NCBI GenBank assembly: GCA_963798085.1
Contig: CAWCRS010000002.1
Coordinates: 32,001 to 96,000 of the forward strand
Source: an uncultured Gemmatimonadales bacterium
GTDB taxonomy: Bacteria; Gemmatimonadota; Gemmatimonadetes; Longimicrobiales; RSA9
Reading direction: 5' to 3'
Length of the DNA: 64,000 bases
The notes beneath the pieces were generated by a model. It made no database searches and was not told the DNA's origin. It saw only the letters and a list, made by a program, of their open reading frames with translations. This document shows positions 40,255-50,560 of the stretch, one piece after another. A program made the position numbers and the translations under genes. Numbering within the stretch: the first letter of the stretch is position 1; every line of letters begins with the position of its first letter.

Positions 40255-40382
40255 CCTGTGGGAACCACGTGCCCGCCATTCTCATGGCCGGCCGCTCGTA
40301 CGTGCCTCGATTTCTGGCCTTGCCGTCGAAGCAGGGGTTTCTACGGAGCATGCACCGAGGATGTTCCGACGGTCCGTCAGGC

Positions 40383-40637
40383 TCAGTTGCCCAGCTCGAC
40401 TGCATCCACACCTTCGGCCGTCAGCCTGGCCATGCCGCCCTGATAATCGTCGACTTTGACCAGGCCCTTTTCCTCGAGGTACTCCAGCACCCGGATCGAC
40501 GCATCGCGGTCCATCTCGAGTGAAGCGCCCACCTCGAAGACGTCCACGAACTGGCTGACGCTCGCTCCCACCCGGTCGTACAGCTTCCGCAGGAACGCCT
40601 TGCGCCGGGCGTGTCGCAGTTTCAGGTCCTCGCTCAT
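40383..40637 (-). CDS. Small winged-helix-like protein
   Basis: FLRKLYD..VLEYLEEKGLVKV..ARLTAEGVDAVE. Confidence 0.7.
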   Translation of the reverse strand: MSEDLKLRHARRKAFLRKLYDRVGASVSQFVDVFEVGASLEMDRDASIRVLEYLEEKGLVKVDDYQGGMARLTAEGVDAVELGN

Positions 40638-40681
40638 GTGCCTGAGTGTGGAGTGCTGCACGGCAGGGGCGCAACGGCTGG

Positions 40682-40715
40682 AAAAAAGAACCCCGCGGGG
40701 GCTCACCCGCGGGGT
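40682..40715 (-). terminator. Intrinsic terminator after the ECF sigma gene
   Basis: Minus strand ACCCCGCGGG-TGAGCC-CCCGCGGGGT-TCTTTTTT. Confidence 0.8.
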
Positions 40716-40771
40716 CCGGCGGTTCCGCGTCCGTACGCGGTTCACCCCCGACAGACTGCGTCCGGTACGCG

Positions 40772-41415
40772 CTAGTCCAGCATCGGGGAGATGAGGTTGG
40801 CGAAGTTGTTCCTCGCCCGATTCAAGCGGCTCTTCACGGTGCCCAGGTTCACACCTGTGATCTCGGAGATTTCCTCGTACGTCTTGCCTTCCATTTCACG
40901 CAGCACGAACACCGTCCGGTGATGCTCCGGCAGCTGACTCCACCGCGCGTTCCGACCATCGCCTTGAGGTGTCGCTTCCGGAAAAGGTCATCCGGTCGAT
41001 ACGTGTTGTCTTCCCACTCGAGCGGCCGGTGATCGGAGTCCCAGTTGCGCTTGATCGTCTGGAAAAGCACCAGCGGGTTGCGCGAGCGGTTGCGCAGCTC
41101 GTTCTTCGCCAGGTTCCCCGCGATCGTGTACACCCACGTCGAGAACTTCTTGGTCTGATCGAACCGGTGCAGATGGCGGTAGACGCGAATGAACGTCTCC
41201 TGCACGAGATCCTCGGCGCGATCACGGTCACCAATGGTCCGGTAGATGAAGTTGATCAGCCGGACATGATAGCGATTCGCCAGCTCGGTGAACGCCCGCT
41301 TCTCGCCTGCGAGAAAGGCCGCAGCCAGCCCGCTGTCGTCCAGTTCGGCGAGGCGCGGCTGAGCGCCGGGTTCTGCGTCCCGGTGCAGCTCGATTGTCCG
41401 ACTCGTCCCGATCAT
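40772..41415 (-). CDS. ECF RNA polymerase sigma factor (RpoE-like), frameshift near 40950
   Basis: AEDLVQETFIRVY..KFSTWVYTIAGNLAKNELR; after the shift LPEHHRTVFVLREMEGKTYEEISEITGVNLGTVKSRLNRAR, stop TAG at 40772. Confidence 0.92.
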
Positions 41416-41567
41416 CGTTCCCTCGCATCCTTGGAGGCGATCACCGGCCGGGCGGTTGCCCGGCTCTGTGTGCCTCCGCGACCCGACCCGTTCCGCCGCT
41501 GGGAAAGAGCACGAATCATACCGGCCAGCCACTTCGATCCACCACTCTTCGCGGTCGGGTCCATAAA

Positions 41568-41576
41568 ATTGTACCA
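41568..41576 (-). promoter_or_regulatory. Possible extended -10 promoter element
   Basis: TGGTACAAT on the minus strand, in an AT-rich patch about 150 nt upstream of the sigma gene. Confidence 0.4.
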
Positions 41577-41742
41577 CATATAGTTACGCATTCTGGACCC
41601 ACTCGGATTCAACGCCAGGGAGCGTCCCGTTGCGGGGACACAATCGGGCCGCCGGTGGCACAAAAAACGGTCAGACTGACATGAGGCCGCGTCGGTCGCA
41701 TGACCTGTATGACGCGCAAGCCGGCGGGATGTGGACAGCGGC

Positions 41743-42339
41743 TCAGGCTCCCATCACGAAGCCAGCAGCATAAAGCAGCGTGCAGATCGTCTTCCCATCC
41801 GTGATCTCGCCATCGCGGATCAGCTGCAGAGCGTGGGAAAGGCGAAGCGGGAACGGCTCGAGGAATTCATCGTGATCGAGCGACTGCGTCCCGGCCACCA
41901 GCGCGGTCGCCATGAAAAGATGGATGCGTTCGTCGGTGAAGCCCGGCGTCGTGTAAATCACGGTGAGAGGGCGCAGGGTCCCGGCCACGAGTCCGGTCTC
42001 TTCTTCCAGCTCGCGGCGCGCCACGTCTTCCCATGGCTCACCAGGGTTCTGCGGTCGTCCCGCCGGCACTTCGAGCATGACGCCGCCCGAGGCGTAGCGG
42101 TACTGGCGAATCAGCAGGATCTGCGGGTCGGGTCCCAGCAGATCGCTCAGCACGGGAAGCACGGCCGCCGCACCGGAATGCCGAATGATCTCGAGCTCGC
42201 CGGTGCTGCCGTCCGGAAAGCGCACGGTATCGATCGCCAGGTTCACAATGCGCCCCTGATAGATCGGCCGACTGGCAATCCTGCCGGTTTCGATTGAGTG
42301 CGGTTGTTCCGCCGGATCCGAGGTCGGGTCGGCCGCCAT
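41743..42339 (-). CDS. NUDIX hydrolase (ADP-ribose pyrophosphatase-like)
   Basis: IRQYRY..LEVPAG..ARRELEEETG Nudix box, YTTPGFTDE. Confidence 0.92.
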   Translation of the reverse strand: MAADPTSDPAEQPHSIETGRIASRPIYQGRIVNLAIDTVRFPDGSTGELEIIRHSGAAAVLPVLSDLLGPDPQILLIRQYRYASGGVMLEVPAGRPQNPGEPWEDVARRELEEETGLVAGTLRPLTVIYTTPGFTDERIHLFMATALVAGTQSLDHDEFLEPFPLRLSHALQLIRDGEITDGKTICTLLYAAGFVMGA

Positions 42340-42346
42340 TATTCCC

Positions 42347-43708
42347 TCATTCGGGAACCGCGTGGACATGGACCGCATCCCGCACCAGGGCCTCGAGCGA
42401 GCCCTGAATCGCGCTCGCATCGCCCACCACGCATATCGTGAGACGATCCGGTTGCAGGTGCTGGCGGGCGACGCGCGCGACTTCACCGGTGTTCACAGCC
42501 TGAATGGCTCCGCGGTAACCCGCGAAATAGTCGTCAGGCAGACCGTAGACCACGAGGTCCGAAAAGCGCGCCGCCACCTGTTCCGTGGTCTGCAGCTCCA
42601 GCGGAATCACGCCCGCGAGGTAGGCGCGCGCGTTGCTCACCTCATCCGCCCGCGCGCCGGCATCGTGCATGAGACGCAGCTCACGCAGGATTTCCTCCAC
42701 CGAGCGCGCGGTCACTTCCGTGGCAACCGCGGTCTGCACCATGAACGGACCCGGTGCGCGGCGGAACGCGAAGCCGCTGCGCACGCCGTAGGTAAAGCCG
42801 TAGCGCTCGCGCAGGCTGAGATTGAGGCGACTGGTGAAGGCGCCGCCTAACACTGTGTTCATGACGCGCAGGGCGAAGTGGTCCGGGTGGTTGCGCTCGA
42901 CGCCCACGTGCGCCACGCGGATCTCCGACTGGACGGAGCCGGGCCGGTCCACGATGTGGATGACGGTGCGCTCCTCGAGCTGCGCCGCAGCCGGCGATGC
43001 ACCGGCAGGCGAAGGGCCGGACCAGTCACCGAAATGACGAGCCACGAGGTCACGCGCCGCCCCGGGCTCCACGTGTCCCACCAGAATGACCGCGGTGGCC
43101 TGCGGCTGGACCCGCTGCCGGTGATAGGAAACGACATCATCGCGGATCAGGGCGCGCACGCGCTCCGGCAAGCCGATGGGCGGACGACCATAGGGCGCGT
43201 CGTCGCCGAACAGAAAATGCAGCACCATGTCGTTGGCCAGCGCGCGCGGCTCCTTGCGCCGCTGCAGGATCTCCGCGAGCTGCTCGTCGCGCACGCGTTC
43301 GATTTCGGCCGCCGGGAAGTCAGGCCGGCGCAGAACATCCGCGATGAGAGCAAGGGCCGGGTCGAGGCGCTCCACAGCCGTTGTGACTTCCAGCCAGGTG
43401 GCGTCCCAGGAAGCCTCGGTGTGCAGCTCGAGGCCGAGCCGTTCGAACTCCCACGCCAGCTTCTCCCCGGTCCGGCCGCCTGCGCCGCTGTCCAGCGACT
43501 CTGCCATGAGAGTAGCAAGACCGGCGAACACGGGCGGTTCGTGCAGGGTGCCGGCATCCAGCGCCACCCGAATGGTGACAAGCGGCGTTACGCCATGGCG
43601 GGCGGCGAGGACGGTGATGCCATTGTCGAGGCGACCCCGCCAGACCGCGGGCGGCTCATAGGGACGCAGCTGTCCCGGTTCCGGCGCCTCGGTGCGGAGC
43701 GTGCTCAT
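42347..43708 (-). CDS. M16 family peptidase, non-catalytic subunit
   Basis: LDNGITV, no HxxEH, LGGAFTSRLNLSLRERYGFTYG; ATG overlaps the upstream TGA. Confidence 0.88.
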   Translation of the reverse strand: MSTLRTEAPEPGQLRPYEPPAVWRGRLDNGITVLAARHGVTPLVTIRVALDAGTLHEPPVFAGLATLMAESLDSGAGGRTGEKLAWEFERLGLELHTEASWDATWLEVTTAVERLDPALALIADVLRRPDFPAAEIERVRDEQLAEILQRRKEPRALANDMVLHFLFGDDAPYGRPPIGLPERVRALIRDDVVSYHRQRVQPQATAVILVGHVEPGAARDLVARHFGDWSGPSPAGASPAAAQLEERTVIHIVDRPGSVQSEIRVAHVGVERNHPDHFALRVMNTVLGGAFTSRLNLSLRERYGFTYGVRSGFAFRRAPGPFMVQTAVATEVTARSVEEILRELRLMHDAGARADEVSNARAYLAGVIPLELQTTEQVAARFSDLVVYGLPDDYFAGYRGAIQAVNTGEVARVARQHLQPDRLTICVVGDASAIQGSLEALVRDAVHVHAVPE

Positions 43709-44997
43709 GGCCGTCCCCCTTCCAGAGGCAGGTACCAGAGCAGGGCACGGTTGTCCTCGCGCAGGAAATCGCGCGCCAGTGAACGCACCGCCGCGGTCTG
43801 CACGGAGCGGAGCCGGTCGACCTCGGTATTGATGCGACCGGGATCGTCGAACAGTGTGGTGTACATTCGACAGATGGTCGGCGCGCTCGTCGGCACGCTG
43901 CAGCTCCGCGAGCTGGCGGGACTCGATCAGATTCTTGGCGCGCTCGACGTCGGCATCCTGCACGTTGGCGAGCACGGCGATCTGCTCGAGCAGGCTGGCC
44001 TCGGCGCGATCGGGCGCCACACCCGGCCTGGCCGTGGCCCACACCGCCAGCATGGAAGCGCCTGCCACAATGGGGAATGCGTAGGCGCTCACGTCCTGCA
44101 GCACGGCAGCGCGGCGCACCAGCGTGCGATAGAGCAGTGACGCCTTGCCCCAGGTCAGGATGTAGGACGCCACCATGGCCGCGTAGAAGCGATCATCGCC
44201 GTAGGGCGGGATGCGCCACGTCAGGTAGAGGCGGGCCAGTGAAATGTCCTGCTTCACGGTCTCCCGCACTTCGCGCCCGAGGCGCGCGGGCAGCTGCACG
44301 CGACCGGGCAGTGGCGGCACCGGCGGACCCGGTTGAATGCCGCCGAAATAGCGCTCGATGCTCTCGCGCGCACTGGCCGGGTCGATGTCGCCGCACACTG
44401 ATAACACCGCGTTATTGGGCGCGTAAAAGGTGCGGAAGAAGTCGCTGACGTCCTCCAGGCTCGCCGCATCCAGATCCGCCATGGAACCGATCACCGAGTG
44501 ATGATACGGGATGGTCCGATCGGGTACATGAGCGTCTGGATGCGCTCGTCCCAGTCACCGTATGGCTGGTTGTCGACCCGCCAGCGCCGCTCGTTCTTCA
44601 CCACGTCGCGCTGGTTGTCCAGCTTCTCCTGGGTCATCGCGGGCTGCAGACCACCCATGCGATCCGCTTCCAGCCAAAGGCCCAGCTCGAAATAATGAGA
44701 AGGCAGGGTCTCGAAGTAGTTGGTGCGGTCCAGCCAGGTGGATCCGTTGAGCGTGCCGCCCGCCTTTTCTATCAACGCGAAGTGGCCATTGTCCGGCACA
44801 TTCACCGAGCCCTGGAACATCATGTGCTCGAAGAGGTGAGCGAAGCCGGTGCGCCCGGGCCGCTCGTTCCTGGAGCCCACATTGTACCAGAGGTTGACGG
44901 CGACGACGGGTAAGCTCGGGTCCGGTGAGAGAATGACACGCAGGCCGTTGGCGAGCCGGTGCCTTTCGAAAGGAATTTCGATCACTTTCCGATTCAC
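43705..44997 (-). CDS. M16 family peptidase, catalytic subunit, frameshifted
   Basis: WYNVGSRNE..GFAHLFEHMMF, NGSTWLDRTNY, VVKNERR. Confidence 0.9.
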
Positions 44998-45048
44998 TGA
45001 GGGCTGAAGGATGGTGCATCTGAACGCGCAGTCGGAGCGCGTCCGGGG

Positions 45049-46426
45049 TCAGGAACGATCATCATTGATGAGGACGGGACCAATGCCGAGCTGCTCCAGC
45101 GGCCCGCGCACGACACCGGCGTCTCCGACCACAGCGACGGCCATACGCTGCGGATCGAGGTAGCGCTGCGCCGCGGACATGACGTCATCCGCACTGACAT
45201 CGGCCATGAGCCCGGCGTATCGGCTCCAGAAATCATCGCCCAGTCCGTACAGCTCCGTTTCCGCCACGCGTGACGCGATGCCGGCGTTGGTTTCGAATGC
45301 GCGTGGCAGGCCGAGCACGAGATAACGCCGCGCGCGGTTCAACTCATCGGCGGGCACAGCCTCCTGCCGCATTCTCTCGATCTCCTCGAGACTCTCCGCC
45401 AGGGCGCGAGCCGTGGCATCGGTGTGGACGGCGGCACCGGCCACGAAGGGCCCTGCACCGACGCGGAATGAGAAGCCGGAAAACGCGCCGTACGTGTACC
45501 CTCCCGCCTCGCGCAGCCGTGCGTTCAGGCGCGACGTGAACGATCCTCCGAGGATCGTGTTGAGCACAACGAGCGGGAAGAAATCCGGTGACGATCGGGG
45601 CACGCCAATGGTTCCCAGTCGTACCTCGGATTGGGTCGCGCGAGAGCGGTCCACGAGGTGGATCGCGGTCGGCCCGGGTTCCACGACCGCTGGCGCATGG
45701 ATTTCGGGTGCGCTGCCCGGCGCCCACGCACCGAACGAGCTCTCCAGCATGGCTTCGGTGTCTGCCAGCGTGGCGTCACCTGTCACCACGAGGAACGCAC
45801 CGGCGGGACGATACCGGTCGCCGTGGAAGCGCACAAGCGAATCACGGTCCAGTCTTTCGATGGTCTCGACCGTACCGCCCACGGGTCGGCCATAGATATG
45901 GTCGCGGCCGAAAATCGCGCGAGCAATGGCGAAACCGGCCAATGTGTCCGGGTCGTCCAGGTCCTGCTGGATCGCGGCAATGCGCTCCGCGCGGCCGCGC
46001 CGGAACTCATCCGCAGGGAAGCTCGCGCGACTCGCCACCTCGCCTGCGATCGCGAGCGCCGGCCCGAGCTGGCCGGCGAGCACGTGCAGAGAGAATGGCG
46101 GTGGAATCCCAGCTGGTGGCAGCGTCGAGGCGTGCCCCCAGGTCCTCGAGGGCCTCGGCGAGCGCCACCTGCGTGCGCTCTGGCGTACCGGAATCGAGCA
46201 GCTGCGCCGTGAGCGAAGCCCGGCCGGCGAGCCGCGGCGTATCGGTGGCGGCGCCGGCCCGCACGACGAGGAGCGCGTCGACGACCGGGAGGCGCCGGCG
46301 TTCGACCAGAAGGACCTTCAGGCCATTGCGCAGCCGCGTGGCCTGCACGGCCGGCAGGCGCAGCGGTGCGGGCGGGCCGGGCACGGGGATGCGCGGGCGC
46401 GCGGGTCTCGCGGCGCGACGGCTCAC
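45049..46426 (-). CDS. M16 family peptidase, non-catalytic subunit, frameshift near 46090
   Basis: LRNGLKVLLVE, no HxxEH, LGGSFTSRLNARLREAGGYTYG. Confidence 0.88.
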
Positions 46427-47748
46427 AGCCCGACCTCCCGCGCGGCGGCCAGCTCGGCGTGGCCTTCGGGCACCACACTCAGCGTCACGCCGTGCACGCC
46501 GGCGAGGAAGCGGCGCGCGGCGTCACGCACGTCGGCGGCACTAACAGTCTGGTAGCGATCGAGGTCGTGCTGCGTGTAGTGCGGATCGTGCAGGTGGTGT
46601 TCGTACAGGTTGAGGCGATCAGCTCGCCCGCCGAAGCCGCCGACGGTCTGGAGATCATCAATGAAACCGGTGGTGAAGGCGTGCCGTGCCCGGGCGACTT
46701 CGCCCTCGTCCGGACCGTCTTCGGCGAGGCGTCCGATCTCGCGACGCACCAGCGCCTCGAGCGGCGCCAGGGTATCGCCCCCGTGCGCGGTCACCGTGAT
46801 GACGAAGCTCGAACCCAGCTGCGCGCTCTCCTGCTCCGCGGAAACCTCGACGGCCAGCTCGGCGCTCACCAGCGAGCGATACAGACGACTCGCCTTGCTG
46901 CCGGCCAGCACGTGCGCCAGCGCGTCCATGGCGGCGTCACCGGGCGCGAATGCCGCAGGCGAGTGCCAGGCGATGAAGAGGCGGGGCAGCTGCACGACAT
47001 CTTCCAGTACCAGCCGGGCGCGCGGCGGCGCTAACGCGTCTGTCAGCATGCGCCGACCCGGCCGCGCGCCTCCCGGAATGGGACCGAAGTGCTGGTCCAC
47101 CAGCGCGCGCACTTCCGCCGTATCCACGGCGCCGGCCACCACGAGGCTGGCATTGGCCGGTGTGTAATGCTGGCGGCAGAACGCGGCCGCATCGTCGAGC
47201 GTGGCGGCGGTCAGGTCATCCATGAAACCGATCACCGGCCAGTGGTACGGATGATCCAGCGGATAGAGCGCGCTCAGGATACGCTCGTGCGCCAGACCGT
47301 AGGGCCGGTTCTCGTAGCTCTCGCGGCGTTCGTTCATCACCACATCGCGCTGCGTGTCGAAGCGGTCCTGCGTCAGCGCGGCGAGCAGGCCGCCCATGCG
47401 ATCCGCCTCGAGGAACAGCGCCAGCTCGACGGCGGACGCCGGCACCGTCTCCCAGTAGTTCGTGCGATCCGCCGTGGTCGAGCCGTTGTTGGAGCCACCG
47501 GCAGCCTCGAGCAGCCGGTCGAACTGGCCCGTGGGCACGTTGGCCGAGCCTTCGAACATGAGGTGCTCGAAGAGATGCGCGAAGCCGGTGCGACCGGTCT
47601 GCTCGTCGCGGGAGCCGACGTGGTACCAGATGTTCACGGCCGCGAGCGGCGCGTTGCGATCCTCGTGCACAATGAGGCGCAGCCCGTTGGCCAGCGTGAC
47701 GACCTGGCAGGGCAGATCGATGCGAACACGGCTGTCAGCGCCCGCCAA
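46423..47748 (-). CDS. M16 family peptidase, catalytic subunit
   Basis: WYHVGSRDE..GFAHLFEHLMF, NGSTTADRTNY, VVMNERR; TTG start with GGGAGG RBS. Confidence 0.92.
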   Translation of the reverse strand: MAGADSRVRIDLPCQVVTLANGLRLIVHEDRNAPLAAVNIWYHVGSRDEQTGRTGFAHLFEHLMFEGSANVPTGQFDRLLEAAGGSNNGSTTADRTNYWETVPASAVELALFLEADRMGGLLAALTQDRFDTQRDVVMNERRESYENRPYGLAHERILSALYPLDHPYHWPVIGFMDDLTAATLDDAAAFCRQHYTPANASLVVAGAVDTAEVRALVDQHFGPIPGGARPGRRMLTDALAPPRARLVLEDVVQLPRLFIAWHSPAAFAPGDAAMDALAHVLAGSKASRLYRSLVSAELAVEVSAEQESAQLGSSFVITVTAHGGDTLAPLEALVRREIGRLAEDGPDEGEVARARHAFTTGFIDDLQTVGGFGGRADRLNLYEHHLHDPHYTQHDLDRYQTVSAADVRDAARRFLAGVHGVTLSVVPEGHAELAAAREVGL

Positions 47749-48325
47749 GCACGGCCTCCCCGGGCAGCAGCACACTCTCGCGCAGCACGTAACGCCACTG
47801 CGATGCGCGGGCCCGGTCGATGGGATTCCAGGGAGTGGGCGCGCGATAGGCGCGGATGCCGGCGCGCCGCGCCAGCAGCTCGAGGCGCAGCATGTGGTAA
47901 CTGTCGCTCACCAGCAGCGCGCTCTGCAGGCCGTGCGTGCGCATGAGACCCGCCGCCGCGTCCATGGATGCGGCCGAAGTGGTGCCCCTGCGGTCCACGA
48001 GGATCACCGAATCAGGGACGCCGCGATCGACAGCGTAGCGACGCGCCACTTCGCCTTCGCTCACGGTGTCACCCTCACCCACGCCGCCGGTGAAGATGAG
48101 GTGTGCGGCCAGACCCCGCCGGTACAGGTCCAGGGCATGGTCCACTCTGGCCTTGAGCACGGGCGATGGCCGCCCGTTGTACTGGGCCGCGCCTAACACG
48201 AGAATAACATCGGCCGGGCGCAGCCCGGGTGTGGCCCCGGCGACCAGGATCAGGCCGACACTTGCCAGCCAGATGGCGAGCATGCCAGCGGCCAGACCTG
48301 CGGCGAGCAGGAGCAAGCGTTTCAC
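47735..48325 (-). CDS. YdcF/DUF218 family protein
   Basis: ADVILVLGAA..LIFTGG..SEGEV..VSDSYHMLR..RE. Confidence 0.9.
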   Translation of the reverse strand: MKRLLLLAAGLAAGMLAIWLASVGLILVAGATPGLRPADVILVLGAAQYNGRPSPVLKARVDHALDLYRRGLAAHLIFTGGVGEGDTVSEGEVARRYAVDRGVPDSVILVDRRGTTSAASMDAAAGLMRTHGLQSALLVSDSYHMLRLELLARRAGIRAYRAPTPWNPIDRARASQWRYVLRESVLLPGEAVLGGR

Positions 48326-49165
48326 AGCGGTTGTGTGAGGCGTTCGTGCAGGGCCGAGGGCGCCAGCTCATCGCGCAGCAGCTGGCGTGCGGCATCGGCA
48401 CCGGCGGCGAGCCGCGCACCGGCTTCCTCGAGCAGCGGCACATCCGTACCCTCGGCCGCGTACTCGGCGCGTGCGAGCGCTTCTTCGGCCGCGTCGGTCC
48501 AGCCGGAGGCCGCGGCCGCCAGCCCCGCGAGGATCTGGGCTTCCGCGTCGTCGGTGCGCTCACGTGCGCTGGCCAGCAGCTGCTCCGCCGCGTCCTGATC
48601 GCGGCCCTGCTCGAGATAGACGAGTCCGAGCAGGAGTCTGGTCCAGGAATCATCGGGAGCAAGCTCGAGTGTGTCCTCCATTGCTTCGGCCGCGCCCGAC
48701 ATGTCGCCCTTGAGCGCGAGCGCCACACCCAGCTCGCCGCGCGCGACCGGATCTTCGGGCGTGAGTCTCACGCCTGCGCGCAGGTGCTCGAGCGCCTCTT
48801 CGAACAGGCCGGCGCGCGCGAGGTACGCGCCGTACTGGACGCGCGCCATGGCCAGATCGGGCTGGGTGAGAGCAGCCGCGCGCAGGGGGCGCTCGGCATT
48901 CTGGATCATCGAAGGCAGCCAGTCCGGAACCCGCAAGTGACAGCAGATGCGCGTCCATCGGATCCTGCGCGAGGCAGCGCTTGAAGAGTTCGTAGGCAGC
49001 ACCCTCGTTGCCCAGCTCGCGCTCGGCGACGCCAGCCCAGCAGAGCAGGTACGGCTCCTCCGGCTCGTCGCGCAGCGCTTCGGCCAGCAGGGTAGCCATT
49101 TCTTCCCAGCGACCTTCGTCACCGAGCGCCAGCGCCTGGTTCAGGATGCCGTCGACGTCATCCAT
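48322..49165 (-). CDS. TPR-repeat protein, frameshift near 48900
   Basis: ORFs 48650..49165 and 48322..49122 join into consecutive TPR helices (YGAYLARAGLFEEALEHL). Confidence 0.8.
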
Positions 49166-49169
49166 TGGA

Positions 49170-50378
49170 TCACGCGCCGTATTTGGCGAGGCGACCCGCG
49201 TGTGCCAGAGCGAGCGACATGATGCGCATCGCGGGGAAGATGCCCAGCTCGCCCAGGCGGCAGCTGCGTTCGCCGAACGTCGCGCCAGCGTCCGGACGAC
49301 ACCAGCGGGAGGCGATCAGGATGGGAACCGGGTGCCAGGAGTGCGCGCGCAGTGCTGCAGGCGTCGAGTGGTCACCCGTCACCACGAGCACATCGGGCCG
49401 CGCCGTTTCCAATTCCGGCAGCAGCGCGTCCACCGCTTCGATGGCAGCCACCTTCGCGTCGAAATTCCCGTCTTCGCCGCGCGAGTCCATCGCCTTGAAG
49501 TGGATGAAATGGAAGTCGTACTGCGTGAACTGGTCGACAAGCGTGCGCACGCTGGCTGCGTCGGAGTCCGGTCCGGGATTGATGCGCATGCCTACGAGGC
49601 GAGCCACGCCGCGATACATCGGGTAGCGCGCGATGGCCAGAGCGTCCAGCTGGAAACGCTCCCTGAAGCCCGGAAACCGATGGAATGCATCGATGCCGCG
49701 TGCCAGCAGCGCATTGGCTTTCGGCTCATCGGCCAATGTCTGGAAGGCACGCTGCAGAACGCGCTGGAGAACGTCGGCCGTGCGCTGCGCGCCACGTACC
49801 TTTGCGGTGGCGGGCAACGGCGCGACACCGGTTTCCTGCGGGTCCGTGTCCGCCACTTCTGCTGCCAGCCCTTCGCCGCGCAGCACCAGCACCGCGCGAT
49901 GCTCCTTCTCCGGCTCGAAGAAGACCTGCACGCCGTCCACGGGCTGCGCTGTGGTGCGCAACTTTGCGACGATGCGCCGATTCTCGTCATCACTGGGCCG
50001 ACCCGCGCGGCGATCGATGATCAGACCCTGCTTGTCGATGGTAGCGAGATTCAGGCGAACGGCAATGTCGCCATGCTCCAGCTCGAAGCCCACACCGAGG
50101 GCGGACAGCACGCCCCGTCCGATGTTGTACTTCACGGGGTCGTAGCCGAAGAGGGCAAGGTGTCCGGGCCCGCTACCGGGGGCGACGCCGAGTTCGACCG
50201 GCACGTGCAGACCCAGCGCAGAGCGCGCCGCGAGGCGATCCAGATTGGGCGTGCGCGCGGCTTCCAGCTCGGTCGGGCCCGTGTCGTCACGTGGCAACCC
50301 ACCCAATCCATCCATCACGAGCAGGACGATGCGTCCGCCCTCGCCGTGTACCAGATCGTCCGGAAACGTCACGCCCAT
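49170..50378 (-). CDS. apgM: 2,3-bisphosphoglycerate-independent phosphoglycerate mutase (ApgM type)
   Basis: VMDGLGG..TELEAARTPNLD, PGSGPGHLALFGYDP, DRRAGR, VTGDHSTP..HSWHPVP. Confidence 0.92.
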   Translation of the reverse strand: MGVTFPDDLVHGEGGRIVLLVMDGLGGLPRDDTGPTELEAARTPNLDRLAARSALGLHVPVELGVAPGSGPGHLALFGYDPVKYNIGRGVLSALGVGFELEHGDIAVRLNLATIDKQGLIIDRRAGRPSDDENRRIVAKLRTTAQPVDGVQVFFEPEKEHRAVLVLRGEGLAAEVADTDPQETGVAPLPATAKVRGAQRTADVLQRVLQRAFQTLADEPKANALLARGIDAFHRFPGFRERFQLDALAIARYPMYRGVARLVGMRINPGPDSDAASVRTLVDQFTQYDFHFIHFKAMDSRGEDGNFDAKVAAIEAVDALLPELETARPDVLVVTGDHSTPAALRAHSWHPVPILIASRWCRPDAGATFGERSCRLGELGIFPAMRIMSLALAHAGRLAKYGA

Positions 50379-50560
50379 CCGCTCATGCCTCGCTGGTGTG
50401 ATCGTGTGAGCCAGCCACAAGCTAGACAGCCGTCCGGGGTGGGCAAGGGCAGAACTGCCCATCGACTGTGGGGCTGCTTCCCGGCCCGGCTCCCTTCCGC
50501 TCTTCGGCTCTCGGCCTTACCCTTGCCGAAAACGGTCACCTGCGGCAACGCGTGAGCGCC

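Noticed and set aside
42347..44494. 715-aa fused M16 protein
   Set aside because: A frameshift near 43860 joins two genes; the alternative frame ends at TGA 43705, overlapping ATG 43708.
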